64,000 nucleotides of DNA from a virus (Duplodnaviria > Caudoviricetes): the IMG/VR virus record IMGVR_UViG_651703002_000001, positions 1-64,000 of that record, one strand, 5' to 3'. The notes beneath the pieces were generated by a model that was given only the letters and a program-made list of their open reading frames with translations, searched no databases and was not told the origin of the DNA. A program made the translations under genes and the position numbers. Position 1 is the stretch's first letter; every line of letters starts with the position of its first letter. Shown here in pieces: positions 38,401 through 47,451 of this stretch.

Positions 38401-39242
38401 TCAATTGTACTAGGGATGACTATTTCGCCGTATTTATATACCCAACTACCAGACGAGTCAGATAGATCAACGAAATCAGAAGTAACTGATGTATTCCCTC
38501 TATATCCCATAAAATACAATCTTATGGATTCTCCGGAATCCGCAGCCAAATCGTTTCTATACATATCGACACTAATTCTTAAAGTTTCTCCGGTATTAAC
38601 TACCAGACTAGCCAAACTTTGAGAACCGTTCATATATCTAACAATTTCCGGATTTGTTGGGGTTTCAGATATATATTCGTTTTGATCATACACCAAAGCA
38701 TTTCCGTAACCAGCAACACCAATATCAGAAAATGTATCAAATATAGATTCTAGCGAAACTTTAATATCACTGGATACTCCAATCATTTCTACCATAATTT
38801 TCTTTAGTCCGGTATCGAATATTGCACAATACCTTGTTGAAGATGTACCATTAGATGAATTCCAATGGTTTTCCCATCCAATATTACCAATCTTTTTAAA
38901 TACCGCATTTATTGTACTATTTGTGGTATTTGTCCCTTTTGACTTCATAAGGACAATACCAGCACTCAAAGATGTTAGCCAGCTATCAAACCGATTTACG
39001 TCAGTTTGAATAGAGAAATCAAATACATCTCGAACCCCTACAGATAGGTCCGGTAATATCTGTATACACTCAAGACCATTTCGATCTGAAGGTATAACAG
39101 AGAACCCGTCTATTGATACGATTTGGGGTTCTGTTCCATTTTCGGGAAATATCTTAATTTGATGCAATCCAGAAAAATTTTCTGATAGTGCATTCGCCTT
39201 TATGCCAGCACCTGACACACTCGAAATAATAAGTTCCGCCAT
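35457..39242 (-). CDS. 35: Long tail fibre hinge/connector gp35-like, greatly enlarged
   Basis: Directly downstream of gp34; N-terminal region resembles gp35 (FDTFSDIGVAGYG); 1261 aa, beta-rich. Confidence 0.7.
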   Translation of the reverse strand: MAELIISSVSGAGIKANALSENFSGLHQIKIFPENGTEPQIVSIDGFSVIPSDRNGLECIQILPDLSVGVRDVFDFSIQTDVNRFDSWLTSLSAGIVLMKSKGTNTTNSTINAVFKKIGNIGWENHWNSSNGTSSTRYCAIFDTGLKKIMVEMIGVSSDIKVSLESIFDTFSDIGVAGYGNALVYDQNEYISETPTNPEIVRYMNGSQSLASLVVNTGETLRISVDMYRNDLAADSGESIRLYFMGYRGNTSVTSDFVDLSDSSGSWVYKYGEIVIPSTIDNMRIYATAWPIKSSYQGTFGTRCISVYRKKPNISKPGKGSFGRWGFITEDAKETSGNIVGSFLEKNVTSFEYGNWEPVSFPHFTYGSGKYITLPTLILGLKFTYLTSVVYSNTDVSGIRNGSGTDDTFFIGSTSEKYTNGMGHLLIFNGITIFKEANVSCNKEYLYKMVVDNTNVDFYVDDVLVGTTTITATRIRTLESILVGNEMDGYVISSDYQDMSDPNNSRYYNYSSSEKLDFVKGTSPGGNMSYSGSNIVPNGGSGWLYCGTGSNLIPAGMKEGAKAFVTIVKNNGATLHPNVKMNHRYEVTAFKNTNAGFLNTWHLTAFKAGADNWITAGSMAQLEFDVDCITDPVLHGTKPSNIDWVKNRNFSFNFDGSSWVDIPPVYSINNKGYITLKFIQYQSTTGYIIEGRSSNTQELQGGWVYIKSNNTINTSANYKIVSINGKSPTSASGDVVVIENGIPYSLVIEMDLNSVVRRIGARYNGVNILRGKIWDISISADKDLRQYKNIYESRLNSYSTGMVDLNGQSSKVYSFVDVRKWKMSDSINNPITILSNNSFRFTKDVSEGGMSYHLNLPSRGKFRIEYDIESTKPVLLKDVYGTSVGVGDTMKSLGAGRYKGILISDHTATNYDSGVYICVPNARIGDTVILRSMVVYVTNTDGIGSNVQSESYFFDEFYEPQMIGNNMSAWVPNISGKYMDILPSWIPNEKAYRIRFTGKSFSAGELLNCSDVANAIKLTVTNTTLNFNIRNANTQRVNLNLTHGIALGSPFDIVVDYVYPNVIITANKARTSTNYTHIYGSLSDRCGVNFTGQLDTVELTETSLTRDDSRRYELVKTGFVQPIDATIQNTLVYNKKIRTTTLPSGIIGWDGSYGDVASNGRLKDDFYIHNYKLTKIVEGLPSNGVIIEFEGNVTPFTEIEVVFMGKVPLKVFASKGNGNYVVQKSQELEDWMKPTSYKVISFRPIGVGLNITSPIWKPAIY

Positions 39243-39257
39243 TTTAAATCCCCAATT

Positions 39258-39284
39258 AAAAAGCCACCCCGAAGGATGGCTTTT
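39258..39284. terminator. Stem-loop between 34 and 35
   Basis: AAAAGCCACC-CCGAA-GGATGGCTTTT. Confidence 0.6.
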
Positions 39285-39286
39285 GT

Positions 39287-42200
39287 TTAACTAATCCAAA
39301 CAAAGTCTACAGACTTGGTTACTGGGTTTGCTCTTATCTCTAAGAATTCCCCGTTACCAACTGCTATCCTAAGTTTATTTAGGGTTGTAGTTCCAGAAAC
39401 CGCAACGTCTCCATTTGCAGTCAATGCCTTTATAGAGTTGATGATCAACTCTCCGGTCATAGTATCACCGCCCTTGAATACCCGAGTTCCGGATGTGTTA
39501 TTAACATCATCGATCACAGAGTCGAGGTAATCTTTACGGATCGCGTCTTCTGGTTCAACTGGGGTAGTGGTCATTATTTTAACCTGACCAGAAACCCGTA
39601 GATCTCCGTTAGGTTCAAATCGACTCACGTTTGCAGGAGAAGCCAATCCGTTTGGACGGATAGACAATCCATTTAGAGAACCAAATGATATACTTTCATC
39701 AAGACCTATACTTATTCCACTCTTAGATGTATTACCCATCCAGATATTGTGAACACCATTTTTCTTAAAGTAAGTATCTGCGTTGAATGTTTTCTGACCA
39801 GTAATAGTTTCGTTAACTCCACCCGCAGCCTTAACATAACGAATTTCGGTGTAACCGTAACGAGTTAAGTGATCATTATGAGTCGGGTCAAATCCACCAT
39901 TTGAAACGTTATTTGTAAATACCGCATTACCATTTCTGTTTAGTGTCCATACTCGGTAATATGAACCTCCGGCATCTTTAGCGTTAACAACTAACGGACC
40001 ATCAACCGCATTAACACCTATATCAAGTTGTTGGCTAGTTACCCCACCTTTATAGGTCAACATGGTTATCTGTGAAGTACCACGTTCATCCACCAATGTA
40101 AGGGCTGCACCATTACCAGATATTAACGGGTTAGCACTAAATGTCATAACTCCGGTAATTGTCTGAGCGATAGTTCTACGAACCCAATCTGAAGAAGGAA
40201 CTCTAACACCACCCTCATCCATTGCATCCGCACTAACCGCAACAGCCCGTTTAGGTAAAAAGTTCATAAGAGCTGTGTTTAATCCTCTAGGAGATACAAC
40301 AATGTCCCCATGGGCATAACTTGAAAGAGTCCGAGTAGAACCAGCAATGTCGTTACCTTCAAACACGGAATTCGCCACGTTATTGTTCGTCAATACCGCA
40401 GTCATACCAACACCATATCTGGCATCTGTCATTCGGTAACTAGTACCGGATCTGACCGAGTTCAGATTAGTCAAAGGTGTTACTGCCTTGGTGTTATTTG
40501 TACCGGTATCAACATCACCTTGTGTGGCTAAGTACAATATACCAGTCTGGCTTGTTGAAGCCATACGCGCCGAAAGCTTTCTAGGAGTCAAGATCACATC
40601 GTCTCTAGAACCAACAGACATATCATTTGACTCTGCTTGTGTGGCGATTCTAGCAGTTCCTCTTTGGATTTCTGTAGGTACAACAACACCAAACTGTTGA
40701 CCTTGCCAGATATTTCCTGTAGAAGTAAGACCGTCATCCGCGACAACAGTTAGACGCTCACGAACCAACCAGTTTCCAAAAGTTTTAGGAGACACAAAGA
40801 ATCTATCGTGTAGGGTTCCTGCATCTACTTCTGCTTGGGTAGAGGTTTCACCCAAACCGGTTCTGGTTTCTGTTGCGGTACGGCTAACCAAACCTTTCGG
40901 GGTTACATGCACGTTGTCATCAGCCGGTGGAGCCATGCTAATCACTTCAGCCGCAGTTGCTGCCCGAGTCAAACCGGTCATGGCTGACGTTGCTTGACGA
41001 CCGTTTAAAGTGGTTGCAGTAACTACCAACGGACCATTTGCATTATCAGCCGCACCTGTGTTAACCTCGTTTTGGTTACCAACGAATACCATCCCTTGGG
41101 AGAATTCAGTTGCTACCTTTTCAAACAGGGTTTTAGGAGTTACTGCATTAGAATGGTCTGTGAAGTCATGAACCCCAGTACCTTTAGTGGTTCTAGTTGG
41201 TTGTTTTGTTCCACCAAAATTGACAAGACCAATCAAACCCGGCATAGTCTCGGTAGATATACGACCTGCTAATGTTTGTGGAGTAATTGCAACCTGACCC
41301 CAGTTTTCGCCAGATCCTGACTGCGCGTTAGCTTGTGCTTGAGTAGCAACCTTAAACACACCTCTCATTGAGGTAGTTCCTAACCGGTCATTTAGTAGAA
41401 ACGGGGTAATTGCTACACCCGACCAAGCTTCATCATTCAGGTTTCCGGTAGTTGCTTTTGATTCTAGGTTAGTAGATAATCTAATTATACCACGTCTGGT
41501 TCCTGTTGCCGTTTTGTTAGCTAAAGGTTTCTGAAGTAACGAAATCCTCACAATCTGGGTTTTGACCAGTGGAATATCTTCTTTATTTTTGTTAACACTA
41601 GCTTGTGATGCAATCGAAGCCATACCATAAAAATCTGGAACGGTTCTATCTACTCGGTATGGAATTGTTGTCATGGTCACTAGTGCCCACACATCATTTC
41701 CAGATCCTAACGCATTTTTAAAGTATACAAATTCCATCTGTTCGCCACGGTTATTAATGGCAAATGTCTGGGTTTTTGTAATGTGACTAGGAAGGTCGGT
41801 AAGTAGATCTCTATATGCACTAATTCTAGGATTTGTCAACGTATTTCCATCAGGTAAGAAATAATCGTTGGTACTTCCTGCATCAATAGACAAGGTTAAG
41901 CTAGAACCGTTGACCATATATCGTGTGTCAACAAACAGACTATCCCCGTTTGCCGCATCTTTTGGAAAAGTTATCTTTACTTCAGTTGAGGTTTGTGTGT
42001 ATACTACCAACTGGTCATTCGGAGAAGAACTGTAAGTTGCGGTTTTTACACTTTTCCAACGACTCATACTGTCAGAGTCGAAAACTCTCCAAGCGTTAGC
42101 GTTACGGTCAAAAACTAGGATACCCCAATCGGTGGAATCAAATTGAGCAGTTTTAACAGATGGTTGACCTGCAATAACAATTATGTTATGCGTACTATCT

Positions 42201-42982
42201 GGATGAACTGATATTGTTGTTTTCGTTACAGGGTTCATACCATCGAGATCGTAAGTTGTTACGGTATCTCCATGATTTGCATATTTGGGCAAACCTATCT
42301 TTATTCCTCCGGAATATTGGGTTTCCCGCATTAGTTGATCCCCGACCATAGCCTTGTAGTAAGAACCTGCCAGATATGAACTATTGCTTATAATTTTCTT
42401 GTTTGTGTCGCCTCGGTACTCTACTTGTGCGATCCACTCACTACCACTCAAAATAAAATATACCGCAGAATATGGAGCGGTGATTTTGAATACCGCAACG
42501 CCAGAAATGGTTCTTCCATTTCCATCAACATCAACGGTAAAATCGTGTAGGTTTGTTCCATTATCACGGATAACTACCATATCACCATTAAGAGCTTGAG
42601 CCGGTAGCGTAAATCTTATGTCTTGTACTGTAGATTGAACTATGATATGCTCGCCCGATTGAATCGTTGTAAGAGCTGGTGCGTTAGTTGTTACAAGTCT
42701 CCAAGATGGATCGGTACGAACCGGACGCCATCTAATAGGGTTAAAATCTTCTGGGGTTGTAATATTTACCAAACTAACATAAACTCGGTTGTTATAAATA
42801 ACCGCAAAGTCCTTCTTATACGTGCGGGCTTTGTCATATTGTTGAATTGTATTTTCATCAATAAAAAACTTTACGTTAACTCCATCTAAAGGAGCTGTTA
42901 TATCTGGGTAACCAACGTTTATGATAGACTTACCAGCGGCATCTAAGCCATCCGTAACTCTAAAAGCAATGTTTGCTGCCAT
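39287..42982 (-). CDS. 34: Long tail fibre proximal subunit gp34
   Basis: FRVTDGLDAAG N-terminus; repeated ATQAE...VTP..L motifs; divergent from rnh. Confidence 0.93.
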   Translation of the reverse strand: MAANIAFRVTDGLDAAGKSIINVGYPDITAPLDGVNVKFFIDENTIQQYDKARTYKKDFAVIYNNRVYVSLVNITTPEDFNPIRWRPVRTDPSWRLVTTNAPALTTIQSGEHIIVQSTVQDIRFTLPAQALNGDMVVIRDNGTNLHDFTVDVDGNGRTISGVAVFKITAPYSAVYFILSGSEWIAQVEYRGDTNKKIISNSSYLAGSYYKAMVGDQLMRETQYSGGIKIGLPKYANHGDTVTTYDLDGMNPVTKTTISVHPDSTHNIIVIAGQPSVKTAQFDSTDWGILVFDRNANAWRVFDSDSMSRWKSVKTATYSSSPNDQLVVYTQTSTEVKITFPKDAANGDSLFVDTRYMVNGSSLTLSIDAGSTNDYFLPDGNTLTNPRISAYRDLLTDLPSHITKTQTFAINNRGEQMEFVYFKNALGSGNDVWALVTMTTIPYRVDRTVPDFYGMASIASQASVNKNKEDIPLVKTQIVRISLLQKPLANKTATGTRRGIIRLSTNLESKATTGNLNDEAWSGVAITPFLLNDRLGTTSMRGVFKVATQAQANAQSGSGENWGQVAITPQTLAGRISTETMPGLIGLVNFGGTKQPTRTTKGTGVHDFTDHSNAVTPKTLFEKVATEFSQGMVFVGNQNEVNTGAADNANGPLVVTATTLNGRQATSAMTGLTRAATAAEVISMAPPADDNVHVTPKGLVSRTATETRTGLGETSTQAEVDAGTLHDRFFVSPKTFGNWLVRERLTVVADDGLTSTGNIWQGQQFGVVVPTEIQRGTARIATQAESNDMSVGSRDDVILTPRKLSARMASTSQTGILYLATQGDVDTGTNNTKAVTPLTNLNSVRSGTSYRMTDARYGVGMTAVLTNNNVANSVFEGNDIAGSTRTLSSYAHGDIVVSPRGLNTALMNFLPKRAVAVSADAMDEGGVRVPSSDWVRRTIAQTITGVMTFSANPLISGNGAALTLVDERGTSQITMLTYKGGVTSQQLDIGVNAVDGPLVVNAKDAGGSYYRVWTLNRNGNAVFTNNVSNGGFDPTHNDHLTRYGYTEIRYVKAAGGVNETITGQKTFNADTYFKKNGVHNIWMGNTSKSGISIGLDESISFGSLNGLSIRPNGLASPANVSRFEPNGDLRVSGQVKIMTTTPVEPEDAIRKDYLDSVIDDVNNTSGTRVFKGGDTMTGELIINSIKALTANGDVAVSGTTTLNKLRIAVGNGEFLEIRANPVTKSVDFVWIS

Positions 42983-43019
42983 TGTGTAAATCCTCGTATT
43001 AAAAATATATCCACTTATG

Positions 43020-43027
43020 TATTTAGG
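43020..43027 (-). promoter_or_regulatory. Late promoter CCTAAATA for gene 34
   Basis: 38 nt upstream of the 34 start; the same motif precedes 23, 24, 40, inh and uvsW. Confidence 0.7.
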
Positions 43028-43037
43028 AGAAAGATAA

Positions 43038-43958
43038 ATGTCGTTGTTTGACGCATTTCCAGACTCGATGAATGATGGAGTTCAAAATCTCCAATTAATC
43101 GATTATAGTCAAATTGTTATTTCAAATTTAATGTATTATTTCAGTCCGGGTGATATTATAGAACCCATTAACGCCAGAAAGATAATTATTGATGCTTTAC
43201 GTTCTCATGTCCTTAAGCATAAAAATGAGTATCCGAATATCGTCATTGCGGTGGATTCCGTTGATGGATATTGGCGAAGGGATCGTGTTGCACCGTATTA
43301 CAAAAAACACCGAGAGAAGATTAAAGACGATTCCGGTTGGGATTGGAATGCTATTTACTCTGCTATGAATCTGGTTCGACAAGAGTTGATCAACCATCTT
43401 CCATACAAAACCCTGTATATTCCGGGGGCAGAGGCAGATGATATCTTTGGTGTTCTGGTAAAACACTTGAAATCGGTAGATCCTTCTGTTAAGATACATA
43501 TCACATCAGCAGATGGAGATTTTACCCAACTACAAAAATATGATGGTGTCCGTCAATGGAACCCAATGCATAAAAAGTGGGTGAAACCTGAGTATGGTTC
43601 CCCTGAACGGGATCTTTTGGTTAAAATTATCAAGGGCGATAGAAAAGATACTATTTCTAATATCTTCTCTGTATCCGATCATATTATTTCATCTGATAAG
43701 AATCAAAAACAGGTTAGAAAACAGTTACTTTCTTCTGTATTTGAATCTAAAGACCCGAGAAGTTTGTTCACAGGTGACGAACTTAAGAGATATAATGAAA
43801 ATGAGATTCTGGTTGATTTAGATAAAATCCCAGACGATATATCCAAAAAGATTATCGAAGCATATAATACATATAAACCAGCTCCCCGTGGTCGATTGAC
43901 TAACTATTTCATTACCCATGGAATGGCTGATTTGATTGGTAAAGAATCTGAATTTTAA
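43038..43958 (+). CDS. rnh: RNase H / 5'-3' exonuclease
   Basis: LIDYSQI, YWRR, YKKHR, EADDI, DGDFTQL, KGDRKD. Confidence 0.95.
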   Translation: MSLFDAFPDSMNDGVQNLQLIDYSQIVISNLMYYFSPGDIIEPINARKIIIDALRSHVLKHKNEYPNIVIAVDSVDGYWRRDRVAPYYKKHREKIKDDSGWDWNAIYSAMNLVRQELINHLPYKTLYIPGAEADDIFGVLVKHLKSVDPSVKIHITSADGDFTQLQKYDGVRQWNPMHKKWVKPEYGSPERDLLVKIIKGDRKDTISNIFSVSDHIISSDKNQKQVRKQLLSSVFESKDPRSLFTGDELKRYNENEILVDLDKIPDDISKKIIEAYNTYKPAPRGRLTNYFITHGMADLIGKESEF

Positions 43959-43976
43959 CAATAGGAATTAATTAAA

Positions 43977-44288
43977 ATGGCTAAAGAAAAGAAAGAAAAA
44001 CCCGTATTTAATATCAATTCATCCAAACAAAATCTACTGGAACTGGTTCGTGAATGTTCTGAGCGGATGATGAAAATTGAAATCGAACGAGAAGCAATTA
44101 AAGCGGCTAAAGATGCAGCTAAAGAACTTGGTGTGGAGATTAAAGATTTTAATGTAACTGTATCCATGTATCATAAAAAGAACCGTGATGAAGTAGAAGA
44201 GAATAATAATCGGGCTGTAGAGCTGTTTGATAAACTGTTCTCCGATGGGTTTAAAGAAGTTCATGATGATGGTGAGGATGATGTATAA
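43977..44288 (+). CDS. dsbA: dsDNA-binding protein DsbA
   Basis: AKELGV...MYHK; syntenic between rnh and 33. Confidence 0.85.
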   Translation: MAKEKKEKPVFNINSSKQNLLELVRECSERMMKIEIEREAIKAAKDAAKELGVEIKDFNVTVSMYHKKNRDEVEENNNRAVELFDKLFSDGFKEVHDDGEDDV

Positions 44289-44528
44289 TGGCTACAGATA
44301 TCGATAAAGTTGAATTCTCAAAGAGAGTTGAAGAAATCGCTATAGAAACTGGGGCATCCCTTGTCGAATCTTGTTTTGTAGTTGCTGACGAAATGCAAGT
44401 AGACGAGGAACATATTCCCGCACATATTCATACTGTTCTTAAGGAGAAGATCCGAATCGAAGCTGTATTCTAATCGTACATTACGAGTAGAACAAGATAA
44501 CAATTTGGATTTCTTGTTTACCCAATGA
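44288..44528 (+). CDS. 33: gp33 late transcription co-activator (frameshift near 44468)
   Basis: KEKIRIEA, then in the shifted frame NRTLRVEQDNNLDFLFTQ, matching the gp33 C-terminal LDFL motif. Confidence 0.8.
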
Positions 44529-45191
44529 TAAAACTAATTCTTCCGCCCAAACCGAAAATTACGATTGATGGGAGAAGCTGTTACAGACTCTACCGTTCCT
44601 TAAAAACTCAATTTTCTAACCCTAAATATAGGGTAGTCAAAGGCGGGGAATGGAAACTCTTATTAACCACCTGAAGCCGCATATAATAAAATGGCGAGAC
44701 GATTCATTTATGAGCGTTTAGCAAAAAAGTATTCACTTGGCGTTTTATGCGGTATAATGATTACTAACTTTAGCTCAAATCCCGATATGTGGGGCGGTGA
44801 TATAGCAAATGAAGATGCTCACGATCACTACCTAAAAACTATAGGTAAATATGAGCGTATGAAGTCGGTTTTTAAATCCGAAGTAGAAGGATTATTGAGA
44901 AAATCAAAATCAAAAGGTATTACCTTTCGACAATTGCTTTCTCCCAATGATGGTCAACCATGGATATTTAAATATGTTCAGCAGGATGTTATTAGTTATG
45001 AAACTATGCTTCTGTTAGATTCTATATTCAACTTTATAGATTCTTATGATGATTTAAATGACCATGTGTGGATGAACGGTTATTCTAGCCGTATCAAAGC
45101 TTATAGAAGCTTAGTTAAAATAGATAAAGAAAAAGTAATGCAAAACTTTAAAAAAATAATCGAAGATTATAAAGAACTAAACAATATCTAA
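44525..45191 (+). CDS. 59: gp59 helicase loader (frameshift near 44640-44670)
   Basis: MIKLILPP...IDGRSCYRLY N-terminus from 44525 joins the 44691 ORF (ERLAKKY, ISYETMLLLDS). Confidence 0.85.
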
Positions 45192-45212
45192 AACATACTC
45201 AAGGAAATTAAA

Positions 45213-46159
45213 ATGTCTCAATTTATTCGTCGTAAAGCTGATCCGTCCAAACTGCAAGCTCAACTGGAAGCCGTTTCCGGTAATGGTGGTTTCAAACAAG
45301 ACCTGACAGAATGGAAACTTACCGTTGACCAGAAGACCAAAGAAGGCACCGCAGTTATTCGTTTCCTGCAACCTTCAGATCTGGAAGGGATGGAAGAGTG
45401 GCCCACCTTTGTGACTATCTCTAACCACTTCATTAAGCGTGATGGTAAGTTCTACGTAGAAAACTGTACCGGTGGTACACACAAAAATTACGATGGTTGC
45501 CCTGTGTGTCAATGGCGTAATGCTCAAGGTTGGGATTGGTCTAACGAGGCTGACAAAAAAGCCGCTCGCGAAACCGGAACCGGTATCAATACCAGCTACT
45601 GGGCGAACATCATGGTTATCAAGGATCCAGCGAACCCAGATAACGATGGTAAAGTGTTTAAGTACAAGTTCACCAATACTGTTCTTAAAATGATTATCAG
45701 TGCTCAAAAGGGTGATGAAGAAGTGGGTGAAGCACCTATTGTAATCACTGACTTTGATAATGGCGCAAACTTCCTTGTACGTAGTACCAAAAAGGATAAG
45801 TTCGGTACTCTGGAAACTTCCAAGTTCCAAGCACCTAGCCAACTGCCGGGTATTGATACCCCAGAAGTACAAAAAGTGATTCTGGAAGGTATGCAAGATC
45901 TCCGTACTATTGTAGCACCGACCCAGTTTAAGCCATATGATGAGCTGAAAAAGAAATTTGACAAAATCATGGGTATCCGTGGTGGTGATGAAAAGGTTGC
46001 TCGTAAGGCTGAAGAAGAACTCGATTCCTTCGCGGCTGATATGGCAGATTTCAATGAAAAAGAATCAGCCCCGAGTAAAGAGTAGATGAACCTTTGGTAA
46101 AATCAGATAGCGATAATAGCGAAACTGATGACCTAGATGACCTGCTTGCCGGTCTGTAA
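45213..46159 (+). CDS. 32: gp32 single-stranded DNA-binding protein (frameshift near 46080)
   Basis: EWKL, AVIRFL, YVENC, CPVC, YWANI; acidic tail DDLDDLLAGL in the shifted frame ending 46159. Confidence 0.93.
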
Positions 46160-46168
46160 TTAAAATAT

Positions 46169-46196
46169 GAAGGAGTCCAATTTGGACTCCTTTTTT
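46169..46196 (+). terminator. Terminator after gene 32
   Basis: AAGGAGTCCA-ATT-TGGACTCCTT followed by T run. Confidence 0.85.
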
Positions 46197-46256
46197 GTTG
46201 TATACATTGTCTAAAAACCGTAGTATACTCTATGAAACTAATATGAAAGGTGAAAA

Positions 46257-46871
46257 ATGAAAAATAAACCGGTATTTACAACCGATATAGATGGTGTTGT
46301 TGTTCAATGGCAATCGAATCTACCATTCTTTGCAGCAGAGCATAACCTACCAACTGAAGTCATTATTGAGATGATGCAGGATGAGAAGTTCAGACCCATG
46401 CATGAAATTTTTAATTGTTCCCCTGCATTTGGTGAACAGTTACTTTTGAAATATAATGAGAGTAAATGGATCCGTGGCCTTAAACCTTACAATGATGCAT
46501 TACGTTTTATTAACGATAATAAGCACAAATACGACTTTGTAGGCATTACTGCTCTAGGAACTAAATTTGACGTTGCCGCGAACCGTATGTCAAATTTGAA
46601 TGTGTTGTTTCCCAATGCATTCAGAGAAGTTCTAATTTGCAATCATAACGAAAGCAAACGTGAATTATTTGAACAGGCATATTCACATTATGGAGATCGG
46701 ATTGTTACTTACGTAGACGACCTATCTCATCACTGTGTAGTTGCTGATGAAGTATTCAATAAACAGTGCAACTTGAATATTCCTATTTTTCAAATAAACC
46801 GTAGAGGTGATGAAAAGTCTGATTTTTTAATCAGTAGCTTTAGCGAACTACAAGGTAAATTGTATGAGTGA
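46257..46871 (+). CDS. 30.2: gp30.2-like HAD-family phosphatase
   Basis: TDIDGV...WQSNLPFF, YVDD. Confidence 0.8.
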   Translation: MKNKPVFTTDIDGVVVQWQSNLPFFAAEHNLPTEVIIEMMQDEKFRPMHEIFNCSPAFGEQLLLKYNESKWIRGLKPYNDALRFINDNKHKYDFVGITALGTKFDVAANRMSNLNVLFPNAFREVLICNHNESKRELFEQAYSHYGDRIVTYVDDLSHHCVVADEVFNKQCNLNIPIFQINRRGDEKSDFLISSFSELQGKLYE

Positions 46872-47448
46872 ATATTTTGATATAGAATATAAAACTAGAA
46901 GTAAAGTAGAAAACGGAATTCTTTTTGTAAAAGATGAAAGTGATAATTGGGTAAAACCGGATCTTTATAATTACAATAGTGATTGTGAAGTATTACAGTT
47001 TGTAAAAGATATGGTATATGAAGGAAAATGGAAAGATATGACTACAGTAATTAAAGATATCCCACTTAAAGGATATGTGTTTGTACATCGTGGATTGTCC
47101 GGTATGTACGCCGGTATTCAGGCGGCTCATGCAATGATCCGACTGGTTCATAATCAATATGCCAATCCGGATATGATTGATTGGGTGACTGTTCATGAAA
47201 CGTTGGTTATTCTTGATGGTGGTAATTCCCAGAATATGGATCAAATTTCTGGTATTTTGAGTGGTGCAGATAATTCTATGGAGTATTTCAGAGAGCCGGA
47301 TATGGATAATATGATGACTGCCATCGCATATGTTCCTTCCGCAGATGAAGCCTCTGAGATTGAGTTTTTCAAAACCAACGATGGTATTGGTGATAGTGAC
47401 AATCCGGTGGTTAATCTTCTTCTAAAATCCCGTACACATAAAGGGTGA
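46864..47448 (+). CDS. Peptidyl-tRNA hydrolase 2 (Pth2)-like protein
   Basis: YVFV...LS...GIQAAHA, W....TLVIL, FREPD...TAIA pattern of the PTH2 fold. Confidence 0.6.
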   Translation: MSEYFDIEYKTRSKVENGILFVKDESDNWVKPDLYNYNSDCEVLQFVKDMVYEGKWKDMTTVIKDIPLKGYVFVHRGLSGMYAGIQAAHAMIRLVHNQYANPDMIDWVTVHETLVILDGGNSQNMDQISGILSGADNSMEYFREPDMDNMMTAIAYVPSADEASEIEFFKTNDGIGDSDNPVVNLLLKSRTHKG

Positions 47449-47451
47449 TAT

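Noticed and set aside
40450-41620. Repeats within gene 34 as a diversity-generating or CRISPR-like array
   Set aside because: These are the normal degenerate protein repeats of gp34, with no regular DNA repeat-spacer structure.
46070-46159. Programmed frameshift generating gp32 with or without its acidic tail
   Set aside because: No canonical slippery heptamer or stimulatory structure, and similar breaks occur in many unrelated genes, so sequencing error is more parsimonious.
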